Counted from the stretch's first letter, positions 38,284 to 48,253 are shown. The stretch is DNA of 64,000 nucleotides from Alphaproteobacteria bacterium (GCA_030429625.1 JAUIFA010000003.1:278734-342733); one strand, 5' to 3'. Numbers and translations are program-made. Notes: a model not told the origin generated them from the letters alone.

Positions 38284-39411
38284 TTGATGAGAAAAGCAGT
38301 CATCGTTGAGTATGTTCGTTCACCATTCACGCCCGCCAGAAGAGGGGCATTGGCCATGGTTCGGCCAGATGATCTGGCCGCTGAAGTCATCAAAGCACTG
38401 GTCACACGTTCAAACATTAATGTGGATGATATTGAGGACATTAAATTAGGCTGTGCTTTTCCTGAAGGCGAGCAGGGGCTTAATTTAGCAAGGCTAGTTT
38501 GTTTTATCGCAGGGCTACCTATTTCCGTTGCTGGAGTCACCATCAACCGTTTTTGTGGTTCTTCTATGCAGTCTATCCATGATGCGGCCGGCGCTATTGC
38601 TTGCGGCGCGGGAGAGGTGTTTATTTGTGCGGGAGTAGAATCTATGAGCCGCGTTCCTATGGCTGGTTTTAACCCATTACCCAATCCTGACTTGTATGAA
38701 TCCAAACCAGCAGCCTATGAGTCGATGGGCATTACGGCAGAAAATGTTGCGGAGCAATACAAACTATCCCGCAAAGAACAAGATGAGTTTGCTGTTCTCA
38801 GCCATCAAAAATCAACCAAGGCACAGTCTGAAGGTAAATTTAACGATGAAATCATTTCCATTGGTGAAGTCAATAAGGATGGATGTATTCGTCCCGAAAC
38901 CACCATGGAAAGCCTATCAGCGCTTGACCCTGCCTTTGATGTTAAAGGTTCTGTGACTGCGGGAACGTCTAGCCCGCTGACCGATGGCGCCTCTGCCGTT
39001 TTGGTGGTGAGTGAAGATTACGCCAATGCACATGGCTTAAAGAAAATTGCCTATATCAAAAGTTTTGCGGTGGATGGATGTAAACCTGAAACCATGGGGT
39101 TAGGGCCAATCGGCGCAACGAAAAAAGCACTCAAACGTGCCGGATTAGAGGTTTCCGACATTGATATTATTGAACTCAATGAGGCTTTTGCTTCTCAATC
39201 TATCGCCTGTATCAAAGATTTAGGATTAGACATCAACAAAATAAACCTGGACGGTGGCGCAATTTCGCTTGGTCACCCTCTTGGCGCTACGGGAGCAAGA
39301 ATCGTAGGAAAAGCTGCCAGCCTGTTACAGCGTGAGGGCAAAAAATATGCCCTTGCTACGCAATGTATCGGTGGTGGACAGGGGATTGCTACGATTCTTG
39401 AGGCTACATAA
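38284..39411 (+). CDS. fadA: 3-ketoacyl-CoA thiolase (acetyl-CoA C-acyltransferase)
   Basis: 375 aa thiolase with active-site Cys context INRFCGSSMQ and the C-terminal GGGQG motif. Confidence 0.9.
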   Translation: MMRKAVIVEYVRSPFTPARRGALAMVRPDDLAAEVIKALVTRSNINVDDIEDIKLGCAFPEGEQGLNLARLVCFIAGLPISVAGVTINRFCGSSMQSIHDAAGAIACGAGEVFICAGVESMSRVPMAGFNPLPNPDLYESKPAAYESMGITAENVAEQYKLSRKEQDEFAVLSHQKSTKAQSEGKFNDEIISIGEVNKDGCIRPETTMESLSALDPAFDVKGSVTAGTSSPLTDGASAVLVVSEDYANAHGLKKIAYIKSFAVDGCKPETMGLGPIGATKKALKRAGLEVSDIDIIELNEAFASQSIACIKDLGLDINKINLDGGAISLGHPLGATGARIVGKAASLLQREGKKYALATQCIGGGQGIATILEAT

Positions 39412-39431
39412 AAAATAAGGAGCTAAACATA

Positions 39432-39710
39432 ATGAAAAAATATATCATCATCCTAGCATTGATTTTTCCTATTTCTGTACAAGCAGCGTGGAATCCTAAA
39501 TGGATAGGATGCAATGAAAATTCAGAATGCAGAACCTATCGTGCCTCATGTGGTTGGGCTTCGGCCAATGCTAACTATCTGGACGCGGCACGAGAACATG
39601 AGAAAAAGGAATCTATGGCGCGGGATTGTATGGCAGGGCAACCTAATTTTGCCGGCAAACCTCCAAAATCTGAATGTATAAATCATAATTGTGTTATCAC
39701 AAACGACTAA
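39432..39710 (+). CDS. Small secreted Cys-rich hypothetical protein
   Basis: 92 aa with a signal peptide (…PISVQAAW) and six Cys residues in the mature ~70 aa. It sits between fadA and the fadB-like gene. Confidence 0.6.
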   Translation: MKKYIIILALIFPISVQAAWNPKWIGCNENSECRTYRASCGWASANANYLDAAREHEKKESMARDCMAGQPNFAGKPPKSECINHNCVITND

Positions 39711-39726
39711 TAACGGAAATAGATCT

Positions 39727-42105
39727 ATGACAGAGATTAATAAAGTAGCGGTAATTGGTTCGGGCGTAATGGGGGCGGCGATTGCTGCGCATATCGCCAA
39801 TAGCGGAACAGAGGTTCTGTTGTTTGATATCGTACCGGAAGGGGCAGCTGACCGTAGCCAAATGGCTAAGCAGGCGATTGAGAAATTGCTGAAAACCGAC
39901 CCTGCGCCGTTAACCCATAAAAGACGTACCAAACTTATTACCCCGTGTAATTTGGAAGACGATTTAAAAAAGCTTGGTGAAGTAGATTGGGTCATTGAGG
40001 TGATTATTGAGCGTTTGGATATTAAACAAAACCTATATAAAAAGCTTGATGAATACCGTAAACCAGGGTCTGTTGTGTCTTCTAACACGTCCACCTTACC
40101 GCTGCATAATTTAGTCGAGGGAATGGGAGAAGATTTCAAACGTAACTTTATGATTACCCATTTCTTTAACCCTCCGCGCTACATGCGACTTTTAGAGCTT
40201 GTTGCAGGAGATGCAGACAAGGCTCTGGTGGATAAAGTGCGTAAATTCTGCGACATAAATCTGGGCAAGGGCGTTGTTGAATGTAAAGATACTCCGGGGT
40301 TTATCGCCAATCGCATCGGGATTTACTGGATTGCTGCGGCCATAAAGCATGCTTTTGATATGGGTATCAAAATAGAGGAGGCGGATCTCGTTATGGGTCG
40401 CCCTGTGGGAATACCTAAAACGGGTGTTTTTGGTTTGATGGATCTCATAGGCATTGACCTTCTGCCACTAATTGCTAAATCATTTGCTGCGACATTGGAT
40501 AATGCAGACGCCTTCTTTAAGGTATATAAAGAGCATGATTTGATCAGCAAAATGATTGCCGATGGCTATACCGGACGTAAGGGTAAGGGCGGGTTTTATC
40601 GTTTAAATACCGAAAATGGCGGCAAGGTTAAAGAATCTATCGATTTAAAAACCGGTGACTATGCCCCCTCGCAAAAAGCCAAGTTGGAAAGTGCAACAAT
40701 CGGCGCAAAAGACCTACGCAAATTGGTAGAGCATGAGGATATTGGTGGGCGCTTTGCTTGGGCTACATTACGCGACACATTACACTATGCCGCCTCCTTG
40801 ATTCCTGAAATTGCTGACGACATCCGCTCTGTCGACGAAGCAATGAAAATGGGCTATAACTGGAAATTTGGCCCGTTTGAATTGATTGATAAGTTGGGTG
40901 TAAAATATTTTTCCGATAAGCTTACGCAAGAAGGGTTAGAAGTCCCGGCTATTCTCAAAGCTGCTGGGGATCAAACGCTTTATAAAGAAGAAGGCAATAA
41001 CATCCATTACATGACCCTTTCTGGTGACTATCAGAAGGTAGAATTTAATCCAGAAAGCTACATGCTGGCAGACATCAAACGCGGTAATACACCAATTACT
41101 AAAAACGGTTCGGCCAGCCTGTGGGATCTGGGGGACGGTATCGCCTGCTTAGAATTTACCAGTAAGATGAACGCGCTCGACCCAGACAGCATGCAGATGA
41201 TTGAACGTTCTGTTGAGATTGTCAAAGAAAAATACAAAGGTTTGGTTATTGCTAATGACGGCTCTAACTTCTGCGCGGGCGCAAATATTGGCCTAGCACT
41301 TTTTGCGGCTAATGTAGCGGCGTTTAAAATGCTCAAAGACTTCATCAAACAGGGGCAAGATGCTTACATGGCGTTGAAATACGCGCCGTTTCCGGTGGTT
41401 TCTGCACCCAGTGGTATGGCGCTGGGTGGCGGCTGTGAAATTTTACTTCATTCCGATGCCGTACAAGCCCATGTTGAAACCTATACCGGCTTGGTAGAGG
41501 TTGGGGTGGGACTCATCCCTGGTTGGGGCGGCTGTAAAGAACTGGTTTATCGTAACCTTGCCAAACGTGCAAAATCCGATAGTGCTGCTGCTAAAATGGG
41601 TAACTGGTTTAGCTTTTTGAGCCCAATACGCACATTAAACACAATGCCGGCACTGTCTGATGCCTTTACCAATATCAGCACGGCAAAAGTAGCAAAATCG
41701 GCAGAAGAAGCCAAAGACATGCTTATTCTGAACGACAAATCACGCATAACAATGAACCGTGAACGTTTATTGCCGGATGCAAAATCGTTATGTTTAGAAC
41801 TGGCACAAGACTATAAGCCGCCACACACACATACCATCCACCTACCGGGAAAAACCGCACGCATGGCCTTTGACATGGCTGTACAGGGTTTTGTAAAATC
41901 TGGTAAAGCCACAGAATATGACGTGGTAGTTTCCACTGCTGTTGGGTACGTGCTTAGCGGAGGAGAAACCGATATCACCAAAGAAATTCATGAGCAAGAT
42001 TTACTGGATTTAGAACGTGAACAGTTTGATAGTTTATTGCGTAACAAAGGCACTTTAGCCCGTATAGAACATATGTTAGAAACTGGTAAGCCACTGAGAA
42101 ATTAG
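39727..42105 (+). CDS. Bifunctional 3-hydroxyacyl-CoA dehydrogenase / enoyl-CoA hydratase, dehydrogenase-first domain order
   Basis: N-terminal Rossmann motif KVAVIGSGVMGAAIA (3HCDH) and a C-terminal crotonase fold (NFCAGANIGL...GGGCEILLHSD). The likely start MTEINK is at 39727. The track ORF begins at 39691. Confidence 0.9.
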   Translation: MTEINKVAVIGSGVMGAAIAAHIANSGTEVLLFDIVPEGAADRSQMAKQAIEKLLKTDPAPLTHKRRTKLITPCNLEDDLKKLGEVDWVIEVIIERLDIKQNLYKKLDEYRKPGSVVSSNTSTLPLHNLVEGMGEDFKRNFMITHFFNPPRYMRLLELVAGDADKALVDKVRKFCDINLGKGVVECKDTPGFIANRIGIYWIAAAIKHAFDMGIKIEEADLVMGRPVGIPKTGVFGLMDLIGIDLLPLIAKSFAATLDNADAFFKVYKEHDLISKMIADGYTGRKGKGGFYRLNTENGGKVKESIDLKTGDYAPSQKAKLESATIGAKDLRKLVEHEDIGGRFAWATLRDTLHYAASLIPEIADDIRSVDEAMKMGYNWKFGPFELIDKLGVKYFSDKLTQEGLEVPAILKAAGDQTLYKEEGNNIHYMTLSGDYQKVEFNPESYMLADIKRGNTPITKNGSASLWDLGDGIACLEFTSKMNALDPDSMQMIERSVEIVKEKYKGLVIANDGSNFCAGANIGLALFAANVAAFKMLKDFIKQGQDAYMALKYAPFPVVSAPSGMALGGGCEILLHSDAVQAHVETYTGLVEVGVGLIPGWGGCKELVYRNLAKRAKSDSAAAKMGNWFSFLSPIRTLNTMPALSDAFTNISTAKVAKSAEEAKDMLILNDKSRITMNRERLLPDAKSLCLELAQDYKPPHTHTIHLPGKTARMAFDMAVQGFVKSGKATEYDVVVSTAVGYVLSGGETDITKEIHEQDLLDLEREQFDSLLRNKGTLARIEHMLETGKPLRN

Positions 42106-42141
42106 AATAAGATTGTATGACAAAATATACGAGGGAATACT

Positions 42142-43926
42142 ATGCCAATATATGAAGCGCCGATAAGAGATTTTAAGTTTGCCTTAAATGAATTTTTAAA
42201 CATTGGGCAATATCAAGGAAAGCTTGCCGGTTATGAGGATTTAACGTTAGTAGACCCGATCTTGGACGAATCCGCACGCTTTTGTCAGGAAATATTATTC
42301 CCCATCAACCAGTCCGGTGACGAAGAGGGGCTGAAATACGATAATGGCAAGGTCATTCTGCCTAAGGGGTTTAAAGAAGCCTATCAGTCTTATTGTGAGA
42401 TGGGCTGGGGATCGCTAACCTTTAGCCAAGAATATGGTGGGCAAGGTCTTCCAAATGTTTTAAACATGCCGGTGACGGAGATGATCTGTTCCTCAAACCT
42501 TTCTTTCGGTCTACTTCCGGGGCTGACTCATGGTGCTATTTCTGCACTTAACGAATATGCTAGCGAAGAATTAAAACAAAAATTTATGCCGAAAATGGTT
42601 TCAGGGCAATGGTCTGGGGTCATGTGTTTGACCGAACCACAGGCCGGAACGGATTTGGGATTAATGACAACTAGAGCTGAACCGCAAGCCGACGGTAGTT
42701 ATCTGATTACCGGAAATAAGATATTTATTTCGTATGGCGAACATGATGCTTCAGAAAATATTATCCACCTTATATTAGCGCGCCTTCCAGATGCGCCCGA
42801 AGGTATTAAGGGCATTAGTCTGTTTGTGTTGCCGCGTAATAAAGTCAATGATGACGGCTCTGTGGGAGAGAATAACGGCGTTTCTTGTGGCTCAATTGAG
42901 CATAAAATGGGGATTCATGCCTCGCCAACCTGTGTGATGAATTATGACAAGGCTGAAGGCTGGTTGGTGGGTGAACCGCACAAGGGCATGCGCGCCATGT
43001 TTGTATTGATGAACGAGGCTCGTATTCTTGTTGGTTTACAAGGGCTTGGAATTGCCGAAGTGGCATACCAGAACGCACTGGCTTACGCCAAAGAACGGCC
43101 ACAGGGCAGGAGCCTAAGAGGGGCAAAATTTCCACAGAAAAAGGCCGATCCTATCACGGTGCATCCTGATGTAAGGCGGATGCTTTTAACCCAACGCTCC
43201 TTCACCGAAGGGGCACGGATTCTCTCCATCTGGGCGGCGTTGAACATGGACATACGCCATCACCATCCCGATAAAGAAGTTAAAGACAATGCCGATGACT
43301 GGATTCAGCTGATGACACCGATTATCAAAGCATACATGACCGATGGCGGATCAGAGGTCGCAAATTTGGGCATGCAAATTCACGGTGGTTATGGGTTTAT
43401 TAAAGAGTACGGCATGGAACAATATGTCCGTGACGTGCGTATTACACAGATTTATGAAGGCACAAACGGCATTCAAGCACTGGATTTGGTCGGCCGGAAA
43501 CTCAGCGCGCATATGGGGCGCTATCTGCGTGCCTTCACCCATCCGTGTAATGATTTTATTGAAGAAAACCGCGATAATGAAGCCATGGCTGACCTTACCA
43601 AACAACTCTATGCCGGTTTAAAATCTCTGCAACAGGCGAGTTTATGGATAGGGCAAAAAGGCATGTCAAATCCGGATGAAGCCGCCGGAGCATCGGTGGA
43701 TTATCTAAGATTATTCTCGATTGTGGTTATCGGTTATATCTGGGCACGCTCGGCAAAGATTGCTTTGGATGCACTGGCAGCCGGTAGCGATGAGAAGGTT
43801 TTTTATGAAACTAAAATTGCGACAGCAAAATTCTTCTTGAATAAAGTTCTGCCGGAACATTATAGCTTATTGGCCAAAATCACCGCCGGAGTCAAATATC
43901 TCGATATTCCGGATGTGGACGATTAA
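42142..43926 (+). CDS. Long-type acyl-CoA dehydrogenase (with C-terminal extension domain)
   Basis: 594 aa with ACAD N, middle and C domains (CLTEPQAGTDL; QIHGGYGFIKEYGMEQYVRDVRITQIYEGTNGIQ) plus an extra C-terminal helical domain. Confidence 0.9.
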   Translation: MPIYEAPIRDFKFALNEFLNIGQYQGKLAGYEDLTLVDPILDESARFCQEILFPINQSGDEEGLKYDNGKVILPKGFKEAYQSYCEMGWGSLTFSQEYGGQGLPNVLNMPVTEMICSSNLSFGLLPGLTHGAISALNEYASEELKQKFMPKMVSGQWSGVMCLTEPQAGTDLGLMTTRAEPQADGSYLITGNKIFISYGEHDASENIIHLILARLPDAPEGIKGISLFVLPRNKVNDDGSVGENNGVSCGSIEHKMGIHASPTCVMNYDKAEGWLVGEPHKGMRAMFVLMNEARILVGLQGLGIAEVAYQNALAYAKERPQGRSLRGAKFPQKKADPITVHPDVRRMLLTQRSFTEGARILSIWAALNMDIRHHHPDKEVKDNADDWIQLMTPIIKAYMTDGGSEVANLGMQIHGGYGFIKEYGMEQYVRDVRITQIYEGTNGIQALDLVGRKLSAHMGRYLRAFTHPCNDFIEENRDNEAMADLTKQLYAGLKSLQQASLWIGQKGMSNPDEAAGASVDYLRLFSIVVIGYIWARSAKIALDALAAGSDEKVFYETKIATAKFFLNKVLPEHYSLLAKITAGVKYLDIPDVDD

Positions 43927-43933
43927 CGCGCCT

Positions 43934-44062
43934 TTTGTCATCCTGTAGAATTTCGTAGAAATTAGCACAGGATCCCAGACTATAAATGGATTCTGTGCTG
44001 TCGCTACGCTCCCCACAGAATGACGGAATGTATGGCGTCATCTTCACTGTAGGATGAAGCTC
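43934..44062. repeat. Palindromic repeat cluster D (three hairpin modules, near-copy of 22199-22331)
   Basis: TTGTCATCCTGTAGAATTTCGTAGAAATTAGCACAGGATCC...TGGATTCTGTGCTGTCGCTACGCTCCCCACAGAATGACGG...GCGTCATCTTCACTGTAGGATGAAGCTC aligns module for module with locus A. Confidence 0.9.
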
Positions 44063-44122
44063 TAGTGTTTTTACTCTGGATGATTGCTTGTAGACAGCCC
44101 ATCACAACGACGATAAGCCATT

Positions 44123-44878
44123 TTAACGGGTAAAAATAATCTCGTTTTCGGTAGAAAGCTCCATATTAAACAGATAACCGTCCGCATCAAAGCTAACAAG
44201 GCCGCTGACATCATTGACCTTGTTTTTGACAATATGGCGTGCCATCATGCCGCGCGCGCGTTTGGCAAAGATACCAATAATTTTATATTTGCCGTCTTTC
44301 TTTTCTTTAAAGTTGACCGCTACCAACTTGCCATTAAGCTTTTTGGTGTTCACCGCTTTAAAATATTCGTTAGACGCAAGGTTAATAATTAAATCACTGC
44401 CTTTGCTGTTGTTCAGTTCATCGGTGATGATATCACCCCAGAACTCATAGAGGTTCTTGCCTCGGCTGTTTTTCATCCGACAGCCCATTTCCAAACGGTA
44501 AGGCTGGATAAAATCAAACGGACGGATAAGCCCGTACAACCCTGAAAGAATACGGATACGTTCCTGCGCAGAAGTAAAATCTTCTTTATTAAAACTCGCT
44601 GCGTCTAATCCATCATACACATCACCATTGAAGGCCAAAATTGCCTGCTTAGCATTTTCCTTAGTAAAGGGCACCGAAAAATTGGCAAAACGCTGATGGT
44701 TTAACTGTGCCAATTTATCGCTCAAACTCATAAGTTTTTTAAGTTCTTCCACGGAAAGTTCCCGCGCCTGATCGATAAGCTCTTGGCTTTGTTTCAAAAG
44801 AGTAGGGATGCTAGCCTTACCAATGCCCGGAACCGGATCAAAATTTAAGGCCTTAGAGGGTGATAATAAAACTAACAT
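44123..44878 (-). CDS. yaaA: Peroxide stress protein YaaA (DUF328/UPF0246)
   Basis: 251 aa. It begins MLVLLSPSKALNF and carries the family motifs (YDGL..., RILSGLYGLIRP). Confidence 0.85.
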   Translation of the reverse strand: MLVLLSPSKALNFDPVPGIGKASIPTLLKQSQELIDQARELSVEELKKLMSLSDKLAQLNHQRFANFSVPFTKENAKQAILAFNGDVYDGLDAASFNKEDFTSAQERIRILSGLYGLIRPFDFIQPYRLEMGCRMKNSRGKNLYEFWGDIITDELNNSKGSDLIINLASNEYFKAVNTKKLNGKLVAVNFKEKKDGKYKIIGIFAKRARGMMARHIVKNKVNDVSGLVSFDADGYLFNMELSTENEIIFTR

Positions 44879-44889
44879 AGAGGAAAGAC

Positions 44890-46278
44890 TTAAGTGTTTT
44901 TCTCTACAGATTCAAGCGCAAAGAGCAATTTTAAGACTTCTTTAGAGGCCTCTTCTACTTTTTCTATTTCTATCAAAGCTGCTTCTACTTGCCCATCATT
45001 ATAAAGCCGCACGGCCTGAATCCCATGCTCGTGCACTAATTTATGAGGATGTACCAAACGCTTAAAATTTGTATTTTCTTGGTACAAAGGATCTTCTATT
45101 AAATCATACCATTTTCCTAACCGACAAGAATGGTGATCGGCCAACTCATCTGGATTTAGGCCTTCACCTCCGGTTACCATATTAATTAACTTTTTCTTCC
45201 ATAGGATATGGTCATATTGTGCCAGTTTAATAATTTTACCTGGAAGGTTAAGGTCAGCAAATTTGCTAATTTCTGTAGCGATAATCTCAGACATTTGATT
45301 CATCGAACCGTCAACTTTCTCTACAGACTCCATATTACTTCTGCTGCTATTGGCAATATTTGTAATTCCCATGGCAACATCTTGTGAAGCTTGGCCTTGT
45401 TGTTCCAGATTATCGGTAATTTGGGCAGTGCTATCTGTCACCGAATTAATATTATTTTGAATATTAGTAATTTTCTTACCTAATTCTTCAATCGATGTTT
45501 CTCCTTCCGTAACCGCCTCAGAACTCCGATTCATTGCATCCACAATTTGTGTAATTTCTGACCTTAACTCTGAAAGAACACTGTCAATTTCTTCAGTGGC
45601 TTCAGACGTTTGCCCCGAAAGGCTCTTAACCTCAGCTGCGACCACAGCAAATCCCTTACCCGCATCTCCTGCACGTGCGGCCTCAATAGTGGCATTCAAA
45701 GCCAGCAAATTTGTTTGCCCAGCGATTTTTTTAATATTCTCCGCAATATGTGAGATTTTTTGTGAAAATTGTTCCAAGATTGTTACGCGCTGCGCTGTTT
45801 GTGACACTGCGTTGGAAATATCGTGCATTTTTTTTACCACATGGTTAGAAGCATCCGATCCTTCGTTGGTAGCATTTTGCGCCCCCACAGCTTGATCCGC
45901 AATATTCTGCCCATGATTTCCAATTTCTTTAATGGTTGCCACCATTTCCTCTGCTGCTGCGGCAATGGTTTGCGTATCCCCATTAACCTTACGCAACTCG
46001 TCCAATAGTTTGATAACAAACACAGAGGTTTCTGTTGATCTGACAGATAAGTCTACAATATTTGACAACCCATCACCAATACGAGCACGTAAATGTGCGA
46101 CTAATTCTAAAATTTTTTTAGAGATTGCATCATTAGAATTTGCTTGGATAACATAATTCCCAGCAATAATTTTATCGATTAAAGAAATAATTTCTGCTTC
46201 TTTTAAATTTTCACTCATACCCGCCCCAGATTGTAAATTTACTGCCATTATTTTAGTGTTTATGGAGTCCTCAGGCAA
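44890..46278 (-). CDS. Soluble methyl-accepting chemotaxis protein with C-terminal CZB (chemoreceptor zinc-binding) domain
   Basis: MCP signalling hairpin [31 protein letters not shown], no TM segment, and the C-terminal CZB pattern H...C-RLGKW...HPHKLVH. The track start is a TTG at 46278. In-frame ATGs at 46248 and 46218 are more plausible because the divergent neighbour leaves no promoter room. Confidence 0.85.
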   Translation of the reverse strand: MPEDSINTKIMAVNLQSGAGMSENLKEAEIISLIDKIIAGNYVIQANSNDAISKKILELVAHLRARIGDGLSNIVDLSVRSTETSVFVIKLLDELRKVNGDTQTIAAAAEEMVATIKEIGNHGQNIADQAVGAQNATNEGSDASNHVVKKMHDISNAVSQTAQRVTILEQFSQKISHIAENIKKIAGQTNLLALNATIEAARAGDAGKGFAVVAAEVKSLSGQTSEATEEIDSVLSELRSEITQIVDAMNRSSEAVTEGETSIEELGKKITNIQNNINSVTDSTAQITDNLEQQGQASQDVAMGITNIANSSRSNMESVEKVDGSMNQMSEIIATEISKFADLNLPGKIIKLAQYDHILWKKKLINMVTGGEGLNPDELADHHSCRLGKWYDLIEDPLYQENTNFKRLVHPHKLVHEHGIQAVRLYNDGQVEAALIEIEKVEEASKEVLKLLFALESVEKNT

Positions 46279-46376
46279 GAGTTATGTCTTTTAAAATACA
46301 TAAAAATAAGCACACTGCCTTCCGGATTGAGTGTTTGGGTATAGTATTCATCTTAAAATATATTTTAGGAGGAAAT

Positions 46377-46727
46377 ATGACCGCAGGAAAACATGATTTT
46401 ATTATTGAAAAAGGGGCAAGCTTTCAAAGAGTCATAACGTGGAGTGATGATTTAGGCGATCCTATTAACTTAACAGGCTACAGCGCAAACATGCAGGTTC
46501 GCACTAGTGTGACAGCAGATGATATTGAAATTGAACTTACAGACCAGAACGGAAAAATTGTATTGGGAGGCACCCTAGGCACAATAACACTTTCTATTGC
46601 AGACGAAGATACAGCAACTCTTAATGCTGGTACATTCTTGTATGATTTAAATCTTATCTCATCAGGTGGACAAACAACCAGACTCATAGAAGGAAATATC
46701 CATATCCGTCATGGAGTGACAAAATGA
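46377..46727 (+). CDS. Phage-like Ig-fold structural protein (BppU N-terminal-like)
   Basis: 116 aa from the ATG at 46377, preceded by the AGGAGGA RBS. The track ORF starts at 46284. The sequence DFIIEKGASFQRVITWSD...NLTGYSANMQVR...GTFLYDLNL...LIEGNIHIRHGVT resembles phage baseplate/fibre Ig-like domains. Confidence 0.6.
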   Translation: MTAGKHDFIIEKGASFQRVITWSDDLGDPINLTGYSANMQVRTSVTADDIEIELTDQNGKIVLGGTLGTITLSIADEDTATLNAGTFLYDLNLISSGGQTTRLIEGNIHIRHGVTK

Positions 46728-47326
46728 CAAACATTACTATTACAGAGGAAAATAATAGCATAATAATAAACGAAGAGAGTGGATCTCTGCGTGTTGAAGA
46801 AGAGAATAACTACCATATTATTAAGGTGGGAACTCAAGGGCCACAGGGCGTTGCTGGAGAAGTTGGTAGCATTGATGTTGTTCAAATCACCAATCTAGGT
46901 ACAACAGTCAATAGCTCATCTGGCTGGAGCCGTTTTTCCTCCTGGAATACTACCCCACTAAGAAACAGCAACAGCACTATTTTTAGTGGATTTAACAGTC
47001 AAGGTGTTGTTGTCAGTCAGTCGGGTTATTATTTGGTTTCATTGACCTTGTATATGGACGAAAAGATCATCAAAACCAATTTAGGGGCTAAGTTTTGTGT
47101 AGGACCATTCTTTCAGTCTTATACTGAAAGCCTCTCTACGTCCTGTAGCACTTTTCTGGACGATGCCAACAGCAGCCAATCCTCCATTACCATGAGTGAA
47201 CTTATCTATGTTCCCACGAACGGATATACCATTAGTATCCTTACCAAAGCATTAGGCAGTACCGCCCCCATCGCCGTACCTTCGGCAAAAAGTCAATTAA
47301 CCGTTGTTTATTTAAAGGGTCTATAA
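46724..47326 (+). CDS. Phage tail-fibre-like protein with short collagen-like triplets and a C1q/TNF-like head
   Basis: 200 aa. G-X-Y run GTQGPQGVAGEVG. The C-terminal ~140 aa is a beta-rich domain (SGYYLVSLTLYMD...NGYTISILT...SQLTVVYLKG) reminiscent of a C1q-type jelly roll. ATGA overlap with the preceding gene. Confidence 0.6.
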   Translation: MTNITITEENNSIIINEESGSLRVEEENNYHIIKVGTQGPQGVAGEVGSIDVVQITNLGTTVNSSSGWSRFSSWNTTPLRNSNSTIFSGFNSQGVVVSQSGYYLVSLTLYMDEKIIKTNLGAKFCVGPFFQSYTESLSTSCSTFLDDANSSQSSITMSELIYVPTNGYTISILTKALGSTAPIAVPSAKSQLTVVYLKGL

Positions 47327-47328
47327 TT

Positions 47329-47769
47329 ATGTACGCATTTGTTATAAATAATCAAATTCAAGGGCTTGGAGATCCTTATCCACAGGAGATATTGCAATTG
47401 CCTTTGGCAGAACAAATTCAACAGGGATATTACCCCTTGATTGAAGAAGACATACCCAACTATAATGACTTAACTCATGAACTTGAAAGAGTGGAAATCA
47501 TCAATGCCGATAATGTTACTGTTGCCTATAATGTGGTGGAACTCTCTTCTCAACAGCAACAAGAACGACTAGACAATGCCATTGGGAATTTAGGTTTAAG
47601 AGTTAAAAATCTGCTTTTAGAAAGTGATTTCACCCAACTGTCGGATTCCCCTTACACACCAGAACAAAAGAATTTATGGGCAAGTTATCGCCAAACCTTA
47701 CGTGGGTTAACCACTATAGCTCTATCAACAGGAGAAATTCCCGAAATCCCTGAACCACCGCAAATTTAA
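47329..47769 (+). CDS. Phage tail(-fibre) assembly chaperone-like protein
   Basis: 146 aa. The C-terminal motif LLLESDFTQLSDSPYTPEQKNLWASYRQTLRGL...IPEIPEPP matches the Phage_tail_APC-type signature (SDWTQL...W..YRQ.LRD). It starts 2 nt after the fibre gene. Confidence 0.65.
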   Translation: MYAFVINNQIQGLGDPYPQEILQLPLAEQIQQGYYPLIEEDIPNYNDLTHELERVEIINADNVTVAYNVVELSSQQQQERLDNAIGNLGLRVKNLLLESDFTQLSDSPYTPEQKNLWASYRQTLRGLTTIALSTGEIPEIPEPPQI

Positions 47770-47777
47770 CTATTTTA

Positions 47778-47806
47778 TTGTAAAATAGTTAAATTTTGTT
47801 TATAAT
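47778..47806 (+). promoter_or_regulatory. Near-consensus sigma70-type promoter
   Basis: TTGTAA (47778-47783), a 17-nt spacer, then TATAAT (47801-47806). It lies about 120 nt upstream of the ATG at 47930. Confidence 0.55.
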
Positions 47807-47929
47807 GTGTGTGAAACTTCTAGCTTTTTAGGTATAGAGGACGGTTTTTTTCGCCCCTATATCTAACGCTAGTAGAGTGAATCAAAACAACGAATCACTA
47901 ATAAAAGAAAAAAGAGAAAGGAGCTTCCC

Positions 47930-48253
47930 ATGAAGAAGTTTCTGCTGATCGTCGCCCGAGGGTTTATGTGGATGTTACTTCGCATTCTCCTTCCCATGGC
48001 TGTTCTGGTGTTGTTGGTGAAATACGGAGACTGGATTCTCCTTTTTGTATTTCATGGTTTTCTGTTTGCCGCATTTGATGTGGTCAACCCCAATGGCGTT
48101 TTCTGGACAGGAACAACAATCCTCTATTTTTTGCTGGTAGTTGCAGCCATATATGGGATTGTGAGGGGTACGTATGTTCTTTATCGCAAACACCGAAAGA
48201 TAAGCGATAAAGCACTACAAGAAGCTCGAGAATCCTGGAGGAAAGATGGCTAA
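47930..48253 (+). CDS. Small three-TM membrane protein with a charged C-terminal tail (holin-like topology)
   Basis: 107 aa. Three hydrophobic segments followed by YRKHRKISDKALQEARESWRKDG. RBS AAAGGAG upstream. Confidence 0.65.
   Translation: MKKFLLIVARGFMWMLLRILLPMAVLVLLVKYGDWILLFVFHGFLFAAFDVVNPNGVFWTGTTILYFLLVVAAIYGIVRGTYVLYRKHRKISDKALQEARESWRKDG

Noticed and set aside
38223-38705. 160-aa minus-strand ORF
   Set aside because: It is antisense to the well-supported fadA thiolase gene. Its composition is Ala/Ser/Pro-rich, typical of a shadow frame.
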